A stretch of 64,000 nt of DNA, taken from contig CAWCEZ010000005.1 of NCBI GenBank assembly GCA_963794745.1, positions 255,189 through 319,188 of the forward strand. Direction: 5' to 3'. Origin of the DNA: an uncultured Acidimicrobiaceae bacterium (lineage in GTDB: Bacteria; Actinomycetota; Acidimicrobiia; Acidimicrobiales; Palsa-688). The notes beneath the pieces were generated by a model that ran no database searches, was not told the origin of the DNA, and saw only the letters and a program-made list of their open reading frames with translations. A program made the position numbers and the translations under genes. Each line of letters begins with the position of its first letter. Within the stretch, counting starts at the first letter, position 1. Below, piece by piece: positions 9,735 through 18,604 of this stretch.

Positions 9735-9979
9735 CGCCTGCCAGATTATCCCCCCGCCTCTGACCACTCCGGCGAGTTACCCGCCAGGTAGCCACCCTTG
9801 GCCGACGGGCGAGCCGGCACTGTGAGATAGGCCCGCCTAAGGGAACGTGCCCAACTCACAGCTCCAGGCCCGCTCGTCCGGTCCAACATCGGTCTCCGAA
9901 GAGCCGCGACAGGTACTTGACCAGCCCGTTTATGCCACCGGCCGGGGCGGCAGCCGAGACAACCGAACAAGCCGGGAGT

Positions 9980-10681
9980 TCAGGACAGCGTGGCGGAGGC
10001 AAGGACCTTGCCGTTTGCACCGACGATCCTTGCTTCGCTCAGGCGGCCGGCCGGTTGGTCCACGCTCGCCGCCCACGCACCCTTGCCTTCGGACAGCCAG
10101 AACCGCCCGAGGTCCAGCGTGGTGCCCTGGTCGACCACCACCTCGCAGTGGATGGCGCCCAGCCAGGAAGGGTCGTCCATGTACATGAACAACCAGGTGG
10201 GGTTGCCGGCGTAGACGAGCACCCGCCCGACCATATGGCTACCCGAGTAGAGGGCGGCGGTCTCGATGGGGGCTTTCGGCCCGGGCGCGCCGTACCGCTC
10301 GCCTCCGCTGGAGCTGCCGTGGCCGACAATGGCGCCGAGCCCGAAGGTGACGACCAAAGCACACGCAGCCATAGCCATAGCCAACTTCGGCCTGACAGCT
10401 AGCCACGTCCGCCAACCGGCAGGGCGCAAGTTGAGGCCCAGGCGCTCGAATACGCCCGCCTCGAAACCGATCGGCGGCTCGGACACCGGGGCCAGGTGGA
10501 GCAGTTGGTCGGCGGCCTTGGACAGCTCGTCGACCTCAGCGGAGCAGCGCGCGCAGGTCTCCATGTGAGCCACTGCGGCAACTCGCTGTTTGCCCGTCAG
10601 AGAACCAAGGGCAAGCGCCACGAGGTCCTCGTCGACGGCGGCGCACTCTGGGCGCAGGTTGTCGCCCATCTCTGCGGTCAA
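9980..10681 (-). CDS. anti-sigma factor (zf-HC2 type), membrane-spanning
   Basis: HxxxCxxC motif (HMETCARCSAEV), a central TM segment (LAMAMAACALVVTFGLGAIV), and a 4-nt overlap with the upstream ECF sigma gene. Confidence 0.7.
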   Translation of the reverse strand: MTAEMGDNLRPECAAVDEDLVALALGSLTGKQRVAAVAHMETCARCSAEVDELSKAADQLLHLAPVSEPPIGFEAGVFERLGLNLRPAGWRTWLAVRPKLAMAMAACALVVTFGLGAIVGHGSSSGGERYGAPGPKAPIETAALYSGSHMVGRVLVYAGNPTWLFMYMDDPSWLGAIHCEVVVDQGTTLDLGRFWLSEGKGAWAASVDQPAGRLSEARIVGANGKVLASATLS

Positions 10682-11274
10682 GGTAGCGCACCTCCCCCAG
10701 CCAGGTCGTGGGTCGCGTTGAGGGCTCGCAGCTTCATCAGCCCGCGGCGGATCCGGGTCTTGGCCGTCCCGAGCGGGACGGACTCGACCTCGCTCACCTC
10801 CGCGGCCGTGTAGCCGTAGACGGCGGCAAGGACCAGCGCCCGGCTCTGCTCCGCCGGCAGCGAAGCCAGGGCTGCCACGAGCCGGGACCGGGTGTCGGAG
10901 GACTCGGCTTGTTCGTCAGGGCTGGGACCACGCGTGGCGAGGTTCACCCACATGAGATCGGCTGGGTCGGTGACTACTGGACGGCGGACCCGCAACGAGT
11001 CGATCGCGAGGTTCCTCGTGATCGTGAGGATCCATGTCCCGACCGAGGCCCGCCGGCCGTCGAAGACGAGGGCATGGCGCCAAGCCCGCAAGAACGCCTC
11101 TTGCGCGATGTCCTGGGCCAGCGTCGGGTCGCCCACCATGCTCAGCGCCAAACCGTAGACCCGGCGCTGGTAACGCCTTACGAAGGCTACGCCTGCACGT
11201 TCGTCGCCGACCGCCATACCGGCGAGGAGCGCGTCGTCGCTTACGCCCGCGTCAGTCACAGCTCTCCGCAACAC
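10678..11274 (-). CDS. ECF-type RNA polymerase sigma-70 family factor
   Basis: Region 2 (AQEAFLRAWRH) and region 4 HTH (YGYTAAEVSEVESVPLGTAKTRIRRG). GTG start at 11274. Confidence 0.85.
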   Translation of the reverse strand: MLRRAVTDAGVSDDALLAGMAVGDERAGVAFVRRYQRRVYGLALSMVGDPTLAQDIAQEAFLRAWRHALVFDGRRASVGTWILTITRNLAIDSLRVRRPVVTDPADLMWVNLATRGPSPDEQAESSDTRSRLVAALASLPAEQSRALVLAAVYGYTAAEVSEVESVPLGTAKTRIRRGLMKLRALNATHDLAGGGALP

Positions 11275-11283
11275 ACAAGGAGG

Positions 11284-11311
11284 TTACGTCCGCGCCCCGC
11301 AAAGAGATTCC
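11284..11311 (-). promoter_or_regulatory. candidate ECF-type promoter GGAAT-N18-CGTAA upstream of the sigma/anti-sigma operon
   Basis: On the minus strand, GGAAT is at 11311-11307 and CGTAA at 11288-11284, about 10 nt before the GTG at 11274. Weak match with an unverified consensus. Confidence 0.3.
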
Positions 11312-11338
11312 GGCCCCCTTCGTGGGCGGCAAATTGGC

Positions 11339-11366
11339 GAAATCCCCCCGGGCGCCCCGCCCGTAA
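11339..11366 (+). promoter_or_regulatory. candidate ECF-type promoter GAAAT-N18-CGTAA upstream of the divergent lipoprotein gene
   Basis: Same spacing and the same -10 pentamer as the divergent candidate. The -10 lies 58 nt upstream of the ATG at 11425. Confidence 0.3.
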
Positions 11367-11424
11367 GCCCTAGAGAGCCGCGCTTGCCCGCTCCGGTCTA
11401 ACCAAGCACCCCAGGAGGCACCAA

Positions 11425-11973
11425 ATGCAAGTCATGACACGAGCCCAAACGACAACCAGCACGAGAGCAACTCACTCAGGACGCCCGCCACGCCGGCGGC
11501 GCGGGAGCGTGACCATCGGCGCTGTCGCGCTCGGGTTGTCCGTCGCAGCCCTCCTAGCGGGGCCCGCCGCTGCGGCGACGCACACGGCTGTAGCCAGCAC
11601 TGCGGCGGTCAAAGTCGAGGTCAAGACCGTTGCGAAGTACGGCAAGATCCTGGTCGACCAAAAGGGCCTGCCGCTCTACTACGACTCGAAGAACACCTCC
11701 GGCCATTGGGCATGCACGGGAGCTTGCCTCACCTATTGGCCGCCCCTGCTGCTACCAGCCGGCCAGATGGCCGCCAGCATGGCGGCGGGCCTGAAGGGCC
11801 TCGGCACGGTGAAGGCCCCCTACGGGACGCAGGTCACCTGGCACGGCAAGGCCCTGTACACCTTCATCAAGGACAGCGCCGGGAAGGTTACCGGCAATGA
11901 CGTGGGCAATTTCTTTGTGGCGTCGTTGCCCAAGACTGGCAGCGGAAGTGGGTCGGGCGGTGTCGCCTTTTAG
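11425..11973 (+). CDS. secreted COG4315/PF03640-type repeat lipoprotein-like protein
   Basis: N-terminal signal/TM segment, then two Y-x-[FY]-x-x-D type motifs (LPLYYDSKN, KALYTFIKDSAG). AGGAGG lies 6 nt upstream of the ATG. Divergent from the ECF sigma operon. Confidence 0.65.
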   Translation: MQVMTRAQTTTSTRATHSGRPPRRRRGSVTIGAVALGLSVAALLAGPAAAATHTAVASTAAVKVEVKTVAKYGKILVDQKGLPLYYDSKNTSGHWACTGACLTYWPPLLLPAGQMAASMAAGLKGLGTVKAPYGTQVTWHGKALYTFIKDSAGKVTGNDVGNFFVASLPKTGSGSGSGGVAF

Positions 11974-11986
11974 GGACCGCCTCCGC

Positions 11987-12337
11987 CTACCGGTCGAACT
12001 GACGGCCTCGGTCCTGCTGCTCGCCTCGACGACCCTCCCGGTCATGTCGATCGGGAGGCCCATCTGGGGCGGCCTCTGCAAGCCCAAGCTGCCGGCGTAG
12101 TTCGACCTCCTTGGCGGCCATCGCGTTGCGCCCGCCTTCTACTGCACTGCGCAGGTCGACGATCTTGCCGGCGGCCCGGTCGCGCGCCCTATCTGCTATC
12201 TCGGACCCCGCCCGGAAAGGCAGCTGGCTCACTGGTAGGTACCGGGCCAGCTGCTGGCGGGCCTTGCGCTCGACCCACTTGGAGGCGCCGAACCCCGCCA
12301 CCACGCCGACGCCCAACCAGGTCAAGCGTTTGAACAT
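11987..12337 (-). CDS. hypothetical small membrane protein
   Basis: 116-aa ORF with an N-terminal TM segment (LTWLGVGVVAGFGA). Its start abuts the stop of the upstream DUF948-like gene. No family recognised. Confidence 0.4.
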   Translation of the reverse strand: MFKRLTWLGVGVVAGFGASKWVERKARQQLARYLPVSQLPFRAGSEIADRARDRAAGKIVDLRSAVEGGRNAMAAKEVELRRQLGLAEAAPDGPPDRHDREGRRGEQQDRGRQFDR

Positions 12338-12837
12338 CAGCTTGCCTTCAGGCTGGTGCGCCCGCGACGTCCGGGCCGGGCGGCGGCACGCGCGGCGGCC
12401 CTACCTTTCGAGCGGGGGCGCCGGCGGCCATCCTTGGCGGCTCGGCCAGTACCAAGGACGGGCGGCGGGCCCTTCCGCACGAGCCGGGCGGCTCTTGCCA
12501 GCCCTGAACCGAAAGCCACCAGCTTGATCATCGGCCCCGCCATGGCCCCGCCAACCAGCTTGGACGCCGAGCCGACGGCATCGCTTATCGCTTCGGCGCT
12601 GCCCACCATTCGGTCGACCCGGTCGACCTCCATGCCGGCGCGCCGGACCGTGCTGCCCAGCTCATCGAGCAACTCTTGCGCTTCGCGCGCAAGGCCCTCG
12701 GCTTCGCGGCGCATCTCCCGCACAGCCTTGAGGAGGTACCCGACCGCAACAACGAGCGCCACCACCAGCAAAGTGGCCACCACGGTGACACCCACAGCGA
12801 CGCTGTCGGTACCTGTGGCCAACAGCTCGAGTCGCAT
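12337..12837 (-). CDS. DUF948-like membrane-anchored coiled-coil protein
   Basis: 166-aa ORF with an N-terminal TM segment followed by an A/E/R-rich helical region typical of DUF948 (from memory). Confidence 0.55.
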   Translation of the reverse strand: MRLELLATGTDSVAVGVTVVATLLVVALVVAVGYLLKAVREMRREAEGLAREAQELLDELGSTVRRAGMEVDRVDRMVGSAEAISDAVGSASKLVGGAMAGPMIKLVAFGSGLARAARLVRKGPPPVLGTGRAAKDGRRRPRSKGRAAARAAARPGRRGRTSLKAS

Positions 12838-12881
12838 CAGCCCCTCAGCTTAGGGAGCTTCGACCCGCTGCACCATAGGTG

Positions 12882-14147
12882 CTATGTGGGGTCGTCTGAG
12901 TTGGCTCGAACCTGGCGGCGCACGTCTTCGCCGCGCCCGGTCGGCTCCCAGTAGGAGCGGCCTTCGAGGTGCTCGGGCCGGTACTGCTGCTCCACCCACG
13001 CGCCGGGCTCGTCGTGGGGGTAGACGTAGCCCTTGCCGTGGCCGAGGCGGGCGGCGCCGGGGTAATGAGCATCTCGCAGGTGCTTGGGGACCGCGCCCAC
13101 CGCAAGGGAGGCAACGTCTTCCTTGGCCCTTCCGAGCGCCGTAGTTACCGAGTTGGACTTGGGGGCGTTCGCCAGGTGGACGACGGCCTGGGCCAGGTTG
13201 AGCTGGGCTTCGGGCAACCCGACGAACTCGACGGCACGCGCCGCCGCGTCGGCGACGAGAAGCCCCTGCGGGTCGGCCATCCCGACATCCTCGCTCGCCA
13301 GGATGACCAGGCGACGGGCTATGAAGCGGGCATCCTCGCCAGCTTCCAGCATGCGTGCCAGCCAGTAGAGACCTGCGTCGGCGTCGGAGCCCCTGATGGC
13401 TTTGATGAACGCGCTGATGACGTCGTAGTGCTCATCGTCGCCGTAGCGCATGGCCCGGGTGCTGCGAGCGGCCTCGACGTCGGCCATGGTCACGGCGGCT
13501 CGCCCACCGGCTTCGGCCAGGGCGAGAGCCACCTCTAGGCTGTTCAGAGCAGAGCGCGCATCACCCTCGACGAGGCCGGCCAGGAATTCCAGCACACCGG
13601 CCTCGACCGCGCCCCCCTCGTGGACGAGAGCTCTGTTCAACAGCACGATCAGGTCCGCGTCCGAGAGCGGCTCGAGGCGGAAAAGGGTGCTACGGGACAG
13701 CAAAGGCCCGTTCACGCTGAAAAAGGGGTTCTCCGTGGTGGCGCCGATCAAGGTCAGCTCGCCGGCTTCCACCGAGGGGAGCAGGGCGTCCTGCTGGGCA
13801 CGGTTGAAGCGGTGCACCTCGTCGAGGAACAGCACCGTGCCCCTTCCCTGCTCGCCCAGCAGGCTCCGGGCGCTTTCGACCGTCTCGCGGACATCTTTTA
13901 CCCCCGCCGAGACGGCAGAAAGCCCGACGAAGTACCGTTTGGTCGCTCCCGCGATCAACCTTGCCAGCGTCGTCTTGCCCGTACCGGGAGGCCCCCAAAG
14001 GATGGCCGAGCTCAACCGGTCCGCTTCGATCAGGGCCCGCAGAGGCCGTCCCGGCCCGAGCAGGCGCTCCTGGCCAACCACGTCGTCGAGGGACTGGGGG
14101 CGCATCCTGGCGGCCAGCGGGCCACCATCAGCGAGGCGCCGCTCCAA
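12882..14147 (-). CDS. rarA: replication-associated recombination protein A (MgsA/RarA AAA+ ATPase)
   Basis: Walker A GPPGTGKTT, Walker B LFLDEVHRFN, and a MgsA C-terminal domain (YDVISAFIKAIRGSD, LARMLEAGEDARFIARRL). Confidence 0.9.
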   Translation of the reverse strand: MERRLADGGPLAARMRPQSLDDVVGQERLLGPGRPLRALIEADRLSSAILWGPPGTGKTTLARLIAGATKRYFVGLSAVSAGVKDVRETVESARSLLGEQGRGTVLFLDEVHRFNRAQQDALLPSVEAGELTLIGATTENPFFSVNGPLLSRSTLFRLEPLSDADLIVLLNRALVHEGGAVEAGVLEFLAGLVEGDARSALNSLEVALALAEAGGRAAVTMADVEAARSTRAMRYGDDEHYDVISAFIKAIRGSDADAGLYWLARMLEAGEDARFIARRLVILASEDVGMADPQGLLVADAAARAVEFVGLPEAQLNLAQAVVHLANAPKSNSVTTALGRAKEDVASLAVGAVPKHLRDAHYPGAARLGHGKGYVYPHDEPGAWVEQQYRPEHLEGRSYWEPTGRGEDVRRQVRANSDDPT

Positions 14148-14179
14148 GGCGGCTTGGAAAAGGTCTTGGCGCTCAGCCG

Positions 14180-16444
14180 TCAGCTAGGCCCTCGGCTACC
14201 GTTGCCGGATCCCGGCAGGGCCCGGTAGGCGTCGTAGACGCTGTCGATGCGTTTGAGGGCGCCGAGCACCGATTCGAGATGGGCCGGGTCGGCCAGCTCG
14301 AACTCGAAGCGCATCTTGCTAACCCGGTCCGCCCCGGTGTGGCTTTCGCTGCGCAGGACGTTGAGATGGTGGTCCGAGAGGACCTTCCAGACGTCGACGC
14401 CGAGGCGGGTCCTGTCAAGGGCCTTTATCTCCAGGGCGGCGAGGAAGCTGCCCGGCCGGTCCCTGTCCCACTCGACCTCTATCAGGCGTCCCACCTCGCC
14501 GGCCGCCAGAGCTGCTGCGTTGGCACAGTCGCTGCGGTGGACGCTGACGCCCCTGCCGCGGGTCACGAAGCCGATGATCTCGTCGCCCGGCACCGGAGTG
14601 CAGCAGCGGGCGAGGCGGACCATGACATCGTCGAGGCCTTCGACGTGGAGCCCTATGCCTTGGCGGCTGGCGGCCCGCCTCGGTTGGCGCACCGTGGTGG
14701 GGAGCTGGACGTCCTGGTCGCCGCCTCTTAGCTCTCTCGCGAGGCGCTGCGCCACGGACTGGCCCGATACGTGGCCCTCGCCTATCGACGCGTAGAGGCC
14801 CTCCAGGTCGGCGTAGTGCATCGCATCGCTCAGGCTCTTGAGCTGCTCGCTGCCCATCAGCTTCTGGAGCGGGAGGCCCTCTTTGCGCAACGCCTTGACG
14901 AGCTCCTCGCGGCCGTTCTCCATGGCGTCCTCACGGCGCTCCCGGCTGAACCACTGGCGGATCTTGTTGCGCGCCCGCGGCGTGACCACGAGGTTGAGCC
15001 AGTCCCTGCTCGGCCCGGCGGAGGGGACCTTCGAGGTGAAGATCTCGACGCTGTCGCCCGATGTCAGTTTGGAATCGAGCGGCACGAGACGCCCGTTGAC
15101 GCGTGCCCCGATGCAGCGGTGCCCAACCTCGGTGTGGATCGAGTAGGCGAAATCGACCGGTGTGGCGCCAATTGGCAACGCCACGACGTCGCCCTTGGGG
15201 GTGAAAACGAAGACCTCGTCGGTCTCGAGGTCGAGCTTCAGGCCTTCGAGGAACTCAGCAGGGTCGGTGCTTTCGGCCGACCAGTCCACGATGCGTTGTA
15301 GCCATGCGACGTCGGCCGAAGAGGCGTTCTCCTTGTACCCCCAGTGAGCCGCAATGCCCCGCTCGGCCCTGTTGTGCATTTCCGAGGTACGGATCTGCAC
15401 TTCGAGCGGCTTGGCCTGCGGGCCCACCACGGTCGTGTGCAGCGACTGGTAGAGGTTGAACTTCGGAGTATTTATATAGTCTTTGAAGCGTCCCTGGATC
15501 GGCGCCCAGGTCCCGTGGATAGCGCCCAGCGCCGCCCAGCAGTCCTTCACGGAGCTGACGATCACCCGCACCCCGACGAGGTCGTAGATCTCGTCGAACT
15601 CCTTATTTTTCAATACCATTTTCTCGTATATCGAGTAGAGGTGCTTGGGCCGCCCGGTGACCTGCGCCTCGATCCGCGCCGCCACCAGGCGCTCTTGGAC
15701 CTGCTCTTCGACCTGAGCGAGGTAAATGTCTCGCTCGGGCGCCCGGGAGGCCACCATCTGCTCGATCTGGGCATAGCGGCGAGGGTGCAGCGCGGCGAAC
15801 GAGAGATCCTCCAGCTGCCATTTGATACTGGCAATGCCAAAGCGGTGCGCGAGCGGGGCGTAGATGTCGAGGGTTTCCTGTGCGGTGCGCTTTTGGTTGG
15901 CTTCGGGCATGGCCGCCACCGTGCGCATGTTGTGCAAGCGGTCGCCCAGCTTTATGAGAAGGACCCTCGGGTCCTTGGCCATCGCCACGAGCATCTTGCG
16001 CATGGTCGCTGCCTGCGCTGCTTGGCGGGAGTCGAAAGAGACCCGCTCCAGCTTGGTAACGCCGTCGACGATCTGGGCAACGGCGGGACCGAAGCTCGCT
16101 TCGAGCTCCGGCAGTGAGACCGCCGTGTCCTCGACCGAGTCGTGGAGCAGGGCGGCGGCGAGGGTCACGTCGTCCATCCCGAGGCCGGCAAGAACGGTGG
16201 CCACCGCCACCGGGTGGGAGATGTAAGCCTCGCCGGAACGCCGGACTTGGCCTTCGTGAGCTCGCTCGGCCGTCTCGTAGGCCTTCAGGATCAGGCTCGC
16301 GTCACCCTTGGGGTGGCGCTCCCGGTATGCCGCCAGGAGCGGGCCGATCGCGTCGGAACTGGCCGGGCTCTGGCGCCTCCAAGGCAGGACGCGCTCCACC
16401 GTGGAAGCGGCTCGGCCCCTGGGAGCCCGCTCTACAGTGGTCAC
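14180..16444 (-). CDS. relA: bifunctional (p)ppGpp synthetase/hydrolase RelA/SpoT (Rel)
   Basis: 754-aa ORF. HD hydrolase domain (HDSVEDT), synthetase motif (RFKDYINTPKFNLYQSLHTTV), and TGS and ACT C-terminal domains. Confidence 0.95.
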   Translation of the reverse strand: MTTVERAPRGRAASTVERVLPWRRQSPASSDAIGPLLAAYRERHPKGDASLILKAYETAERAHEGQVRRSGEAYISHPVAVATVLAGLGMDDVTLAAALLHDSVEDTAVSLPELEASFGPAVAQIVDGVTKLERVSFDSRQAAQAATMRKMLVAMAKDPRVLLIKLGDRLHNMRTVAAMPEANQKRTAQETLDIYAPLAHRFGIASIKWQLEDLSFAALHPRRYAQIEQMVASRAPERDIYLAQVEEQVQERLVAARIEAQVTGRPKHLYSIYEKMVLKNKEFDEIYDLVGVRVIVSSVKDCWAALGAIHGTWAPIQGRFKDYINTPKFNLYQSLHTTVVGPQAKPLEVQIRTSEMHNRAERGIAAHWGYKENASSADVAWLQRIVDWSAESTDPAEFLEGLKLDLETDEVFVFTPKGDVVALPIGATPVDFAYSIHTEVGHRCIGARVNGRLVPLDSKLTSGDSVEIFTSKVPSAGPSRDWLNLVVTPRARNKIRQWFSRERREDAMENGREELVKALRKEGLPLQKLMGSEQLKSLSDAMHYADLEGLYASIGEGHVSGQSVAQRLARELRGGDQDVQLPTTVRQPRRAASRQGIGLHVEGLDDVMVRLARCCTPVPGDEIIGFVTRGRGVSVHRSDCANAAALAAGEVGRLIEVEWDRDRPGSFLAALEIKALDRTRLGVDVWKVLSDHHLNVLRSESHTGADRVSKMRFEFELADPAHLESVLGALKRIDSVYDAYRALPGSGNGSRGPS

Positions 16445-16479
16445 GCTATGTCCTTTCCTTTCGTCCCTCAGGTCCCCAT

Positions 16480-17013
16480 TTACTCGTAACTAACAAGCGC
16501 CTCGATAGGCAGACCGGCGTCGAGGCGCCGGCGACCCCCGAGAAAACTGAGCTCGATGATGCAGCCAAAACCGACCGTCACAGCGCCCAACTTTTCGACC
16601 AACCTGCAAGTGGCCGAAGCCGTCCCCCCGGTTGCGAGCACATCGTCCAAGACCAGCGCCCGCTCGCCGGGCTGGAGGGCATCCGCATGCACCTCCAAGG
16701 TGTCGGCACCGTACTCCAGCTCATAAGTCACCGAGAGCACTTCGAAAGGCAGCTTGCCCGCTTTGCGCACGGGCACGAAGCCGGCACCGATGCGGTAGGC
16801 GACCGGAGCGGCGATTATGAAGCCCCTCGCCTCGACGCCAAGGACTTTGTCGATGCGCTCTCCAGAAAACCGCTCCGCCAAGGCGTCAACGCAGGTTGCC
16901 AGGCCGGCGGCGTCCGCGAGCAGCGGGGTGATGTCCTTGAAGCCGATGCCCGGCCTCGGGAAGTCGGGGATCTCCCTGATGAGGTCCTTTAGCCCCGCAA
17001 CTTCGTACTCCAT
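16480..17013 (-). CDS. apt: adenine phosphoribosyltransferase
   Basis: 177-aa ORF with PRPP-binding motif [14 protein letters not shown]. Conserved position downstream of relA. Confidence 0.9.
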   Translation of the reverse strand: MEYEVAGLKDLIREIPDFPRPGIGFKDITPLLADAAGLATCVDALAERFSGERIDKVLGVEARGFIIAAPVAYRIGAGFVPVRKAGKLPFEVLSVTYELEYGADTLEVHADALQPGERALVLDDVLATGGTASATCRLVEKLGAVTVGFGCIIELSFLGGRRRLDAGLPIEALVSYE

Positions 17014-17308
17014 ATAACAAGCGTACTCGGCACTGCCGGCCAGCCGACGCCGCCCTGGTCAGGGGCTAGCGACCGCGTAGAAAGATTGAGCGACGTGGCC
17101 CTAGCGGCGGCGGGGCACCTTTTTTCGCGGACGTGGTGGCGTCCGCCTTGCCCCCGTCGGGGCGCTGCGAACGGCCGGCTCGCTGCTTGTTACGGCCTCG
17201 CCCGAGCCTATGATCGGCTCGGCGCCCAGCTCGTCCATGTCCCCAGGGTAGGGGCCGCCGGGAGGGGCACCTCCGGGGCCAACGGCACCTGCCTCAGCCT
17301 CGGCGGCG

Positions 17309-18538
17309 TCAGATTGGGCCGCTGCAGCACGGGCAGCAGCGGCGCCCGCGGCACCTCCGCCGCGGCTCCGAGGCGGTCCAGCGGCCCCATTGGGCTCGCG
17401 CGCGAAGCGTGCCGCCATTGCCGCGTGCTGAGCCCGCAGCTGGGGTAACCCGGTTCGGGCCGTACATGATCCCGCCGGCCACCGTCGAGGGGGTGAGGAA
17501 CTGACGGGACTGCGGGAAAGCGGCCAGGCGCTTGCGGATTTCGGTGTAGCGCGGCTCACGCTCTTTCAGGAGGGCAAGTATCGGCGAGGCAATGAAGATC
17601 GACGAGTACGCCCCGCTCATGAGGCCGATGAACAGGGCCAGGCCGAAGTCGTTCAGGGCGGAGGCCCCCAGGATCCACGAACCGATGACCAATATGCAGA
17701 ACACCGGCATGATGGCCACAAAAGACGTGTTGATGGACCTTGCCAGCACCTGGTTCATGGACAGGTTGACGACGTCCGTGTAGGTGACGCGGTTGGTCGA
17801 AGCGAGGCCGATCGTGTTTTCTTTCACCTTGTCGAACACGACGATCGTGTCATAGAGGCTGTAGCCGAGGACCGTGAGGAAGGCGATAACGGTGTCCGGG
17901 CTCACCTGGAAGCCTGACAGCGCGTAAATACCAACCGTGATCAACATGTCGTGCAACAGGGCAACGAGCGCCGCGATCGCCATCTTCGACTCGAAATAGA
18001 TCGAAATGCATATCGAGATGAGGACGAGGAAAACGAGGACGGCCTTGATCGCGTTGTCGGAGATGTCGCTCCCCCACGACGGGCCGATGGACTGGATCGA
18101 GACGGAATCGACCGGAGTGTGCGCGATCTTGGCGAGCTCATTGCTCACATCGGCAACGAGCGTCGCGTTGCCGGTGATCGTTGACGAGGCCTCGACTTCG
18201 ATGTTGACCTTGCCGGTCTGACGGTTGGTAAGCGTCACGATCGTCGACTGGTCGAGCGTCGAGCTGATCTTGCCGAGGTCAGCGCGCACCGTGGCGACTG
18301 ACGCCGTCGTTGGCACTTCCCAGACTGTCCCGCCCCTGAAGTCGATGCTGAAGTTCAGCCCACTGACGAACAAGGCCACGATCCCAAGAGCTATCACCGT
18401 GCCAGATATTGCGAACCAGTAGCGCCAGCGGTTTATGAAGTCGTAATGGGTCTGGCCTCTGTAAAGCCTCGCGAACGGGCCTTTGCCGATGGGCCGGTCA
18501 AGGGAGCCTCCCGAGGCGTGCTGGGTTGTCGTCGTCAT
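17309..18538 (-). CDS. secF: protein translocase subunit SecF (C-terminal tail may continue to 17101 in another frame)
   Basis: FSIDFRGGT motif and a six-TM SecF core, with ATG at 18538. After about residue 360 the sequence turns Cys/Arg-rich. An overlapping frame (17101..17559) encodes a more natural Ala/Gly/acidic tail. Confidence 0.9.
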   Translation of the reverse strand: MTTTTQHASGGSLDRPIGKGPFARLYRGQTHYDFINRWRYWFAISGTVIALGIVALFVSGLNFSIDFRGGTVWEVPTTASVATVRADLGKISSTLDQSTIVTLTNRQTGKVNIEVEASSTITGNATLVADVSNELAKIAHTPVDSVSIQSIGPSWGSDISDNAIKAVLVFLVLISICISIYFESKMAIAALVALLHDMLITVGIYALSGFQVSPDTVIAFLTVLGYSLYDTIVVFDKVKENTIGLASTNRVTYTDVVNLSMNQVLARSINTSFVAIMPVFCILVIGSWILGASALNDFGLALFIGLMSGAYSSIFIASPILALLKEREPRYTEIRKRLAAFPQSRQFLTPSTVAGGIMYGPNRVTPAAGSARGNGGTLRARAQWGRWTASEPRRRCRGRRCCPCCSGPI

Positions 18539-18545
18539 TGGCTCT

Positions 18546-18604
18546 CGTTGTTCATTATGGGGCGTTGTTCATTGGGCGTTGTTCATTGGGCGTTGTTCAT
18601 TGGG
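18546..18604. repeat. 14-bp tandem repeat (4 copies, first with a 3-nt insertion) filling the secD-secF intergenic space
   Basis: cgttgttcattggg at 18563-76, 18577-90 and 18591-604. The variant cgttgttcattatgggg is at 18546-62. Confidence 0.95.

Noticed and set aside
9768-9979. Regulatory leader (T-box or autoregulatory palindrome) upstream of alaS.
   Set aside because: Only one 7-bp inverted repeat was seen (CTGTGAG-N27-CTCACAG). There is no specifier or T-box sequence, and the evidence is too weak.
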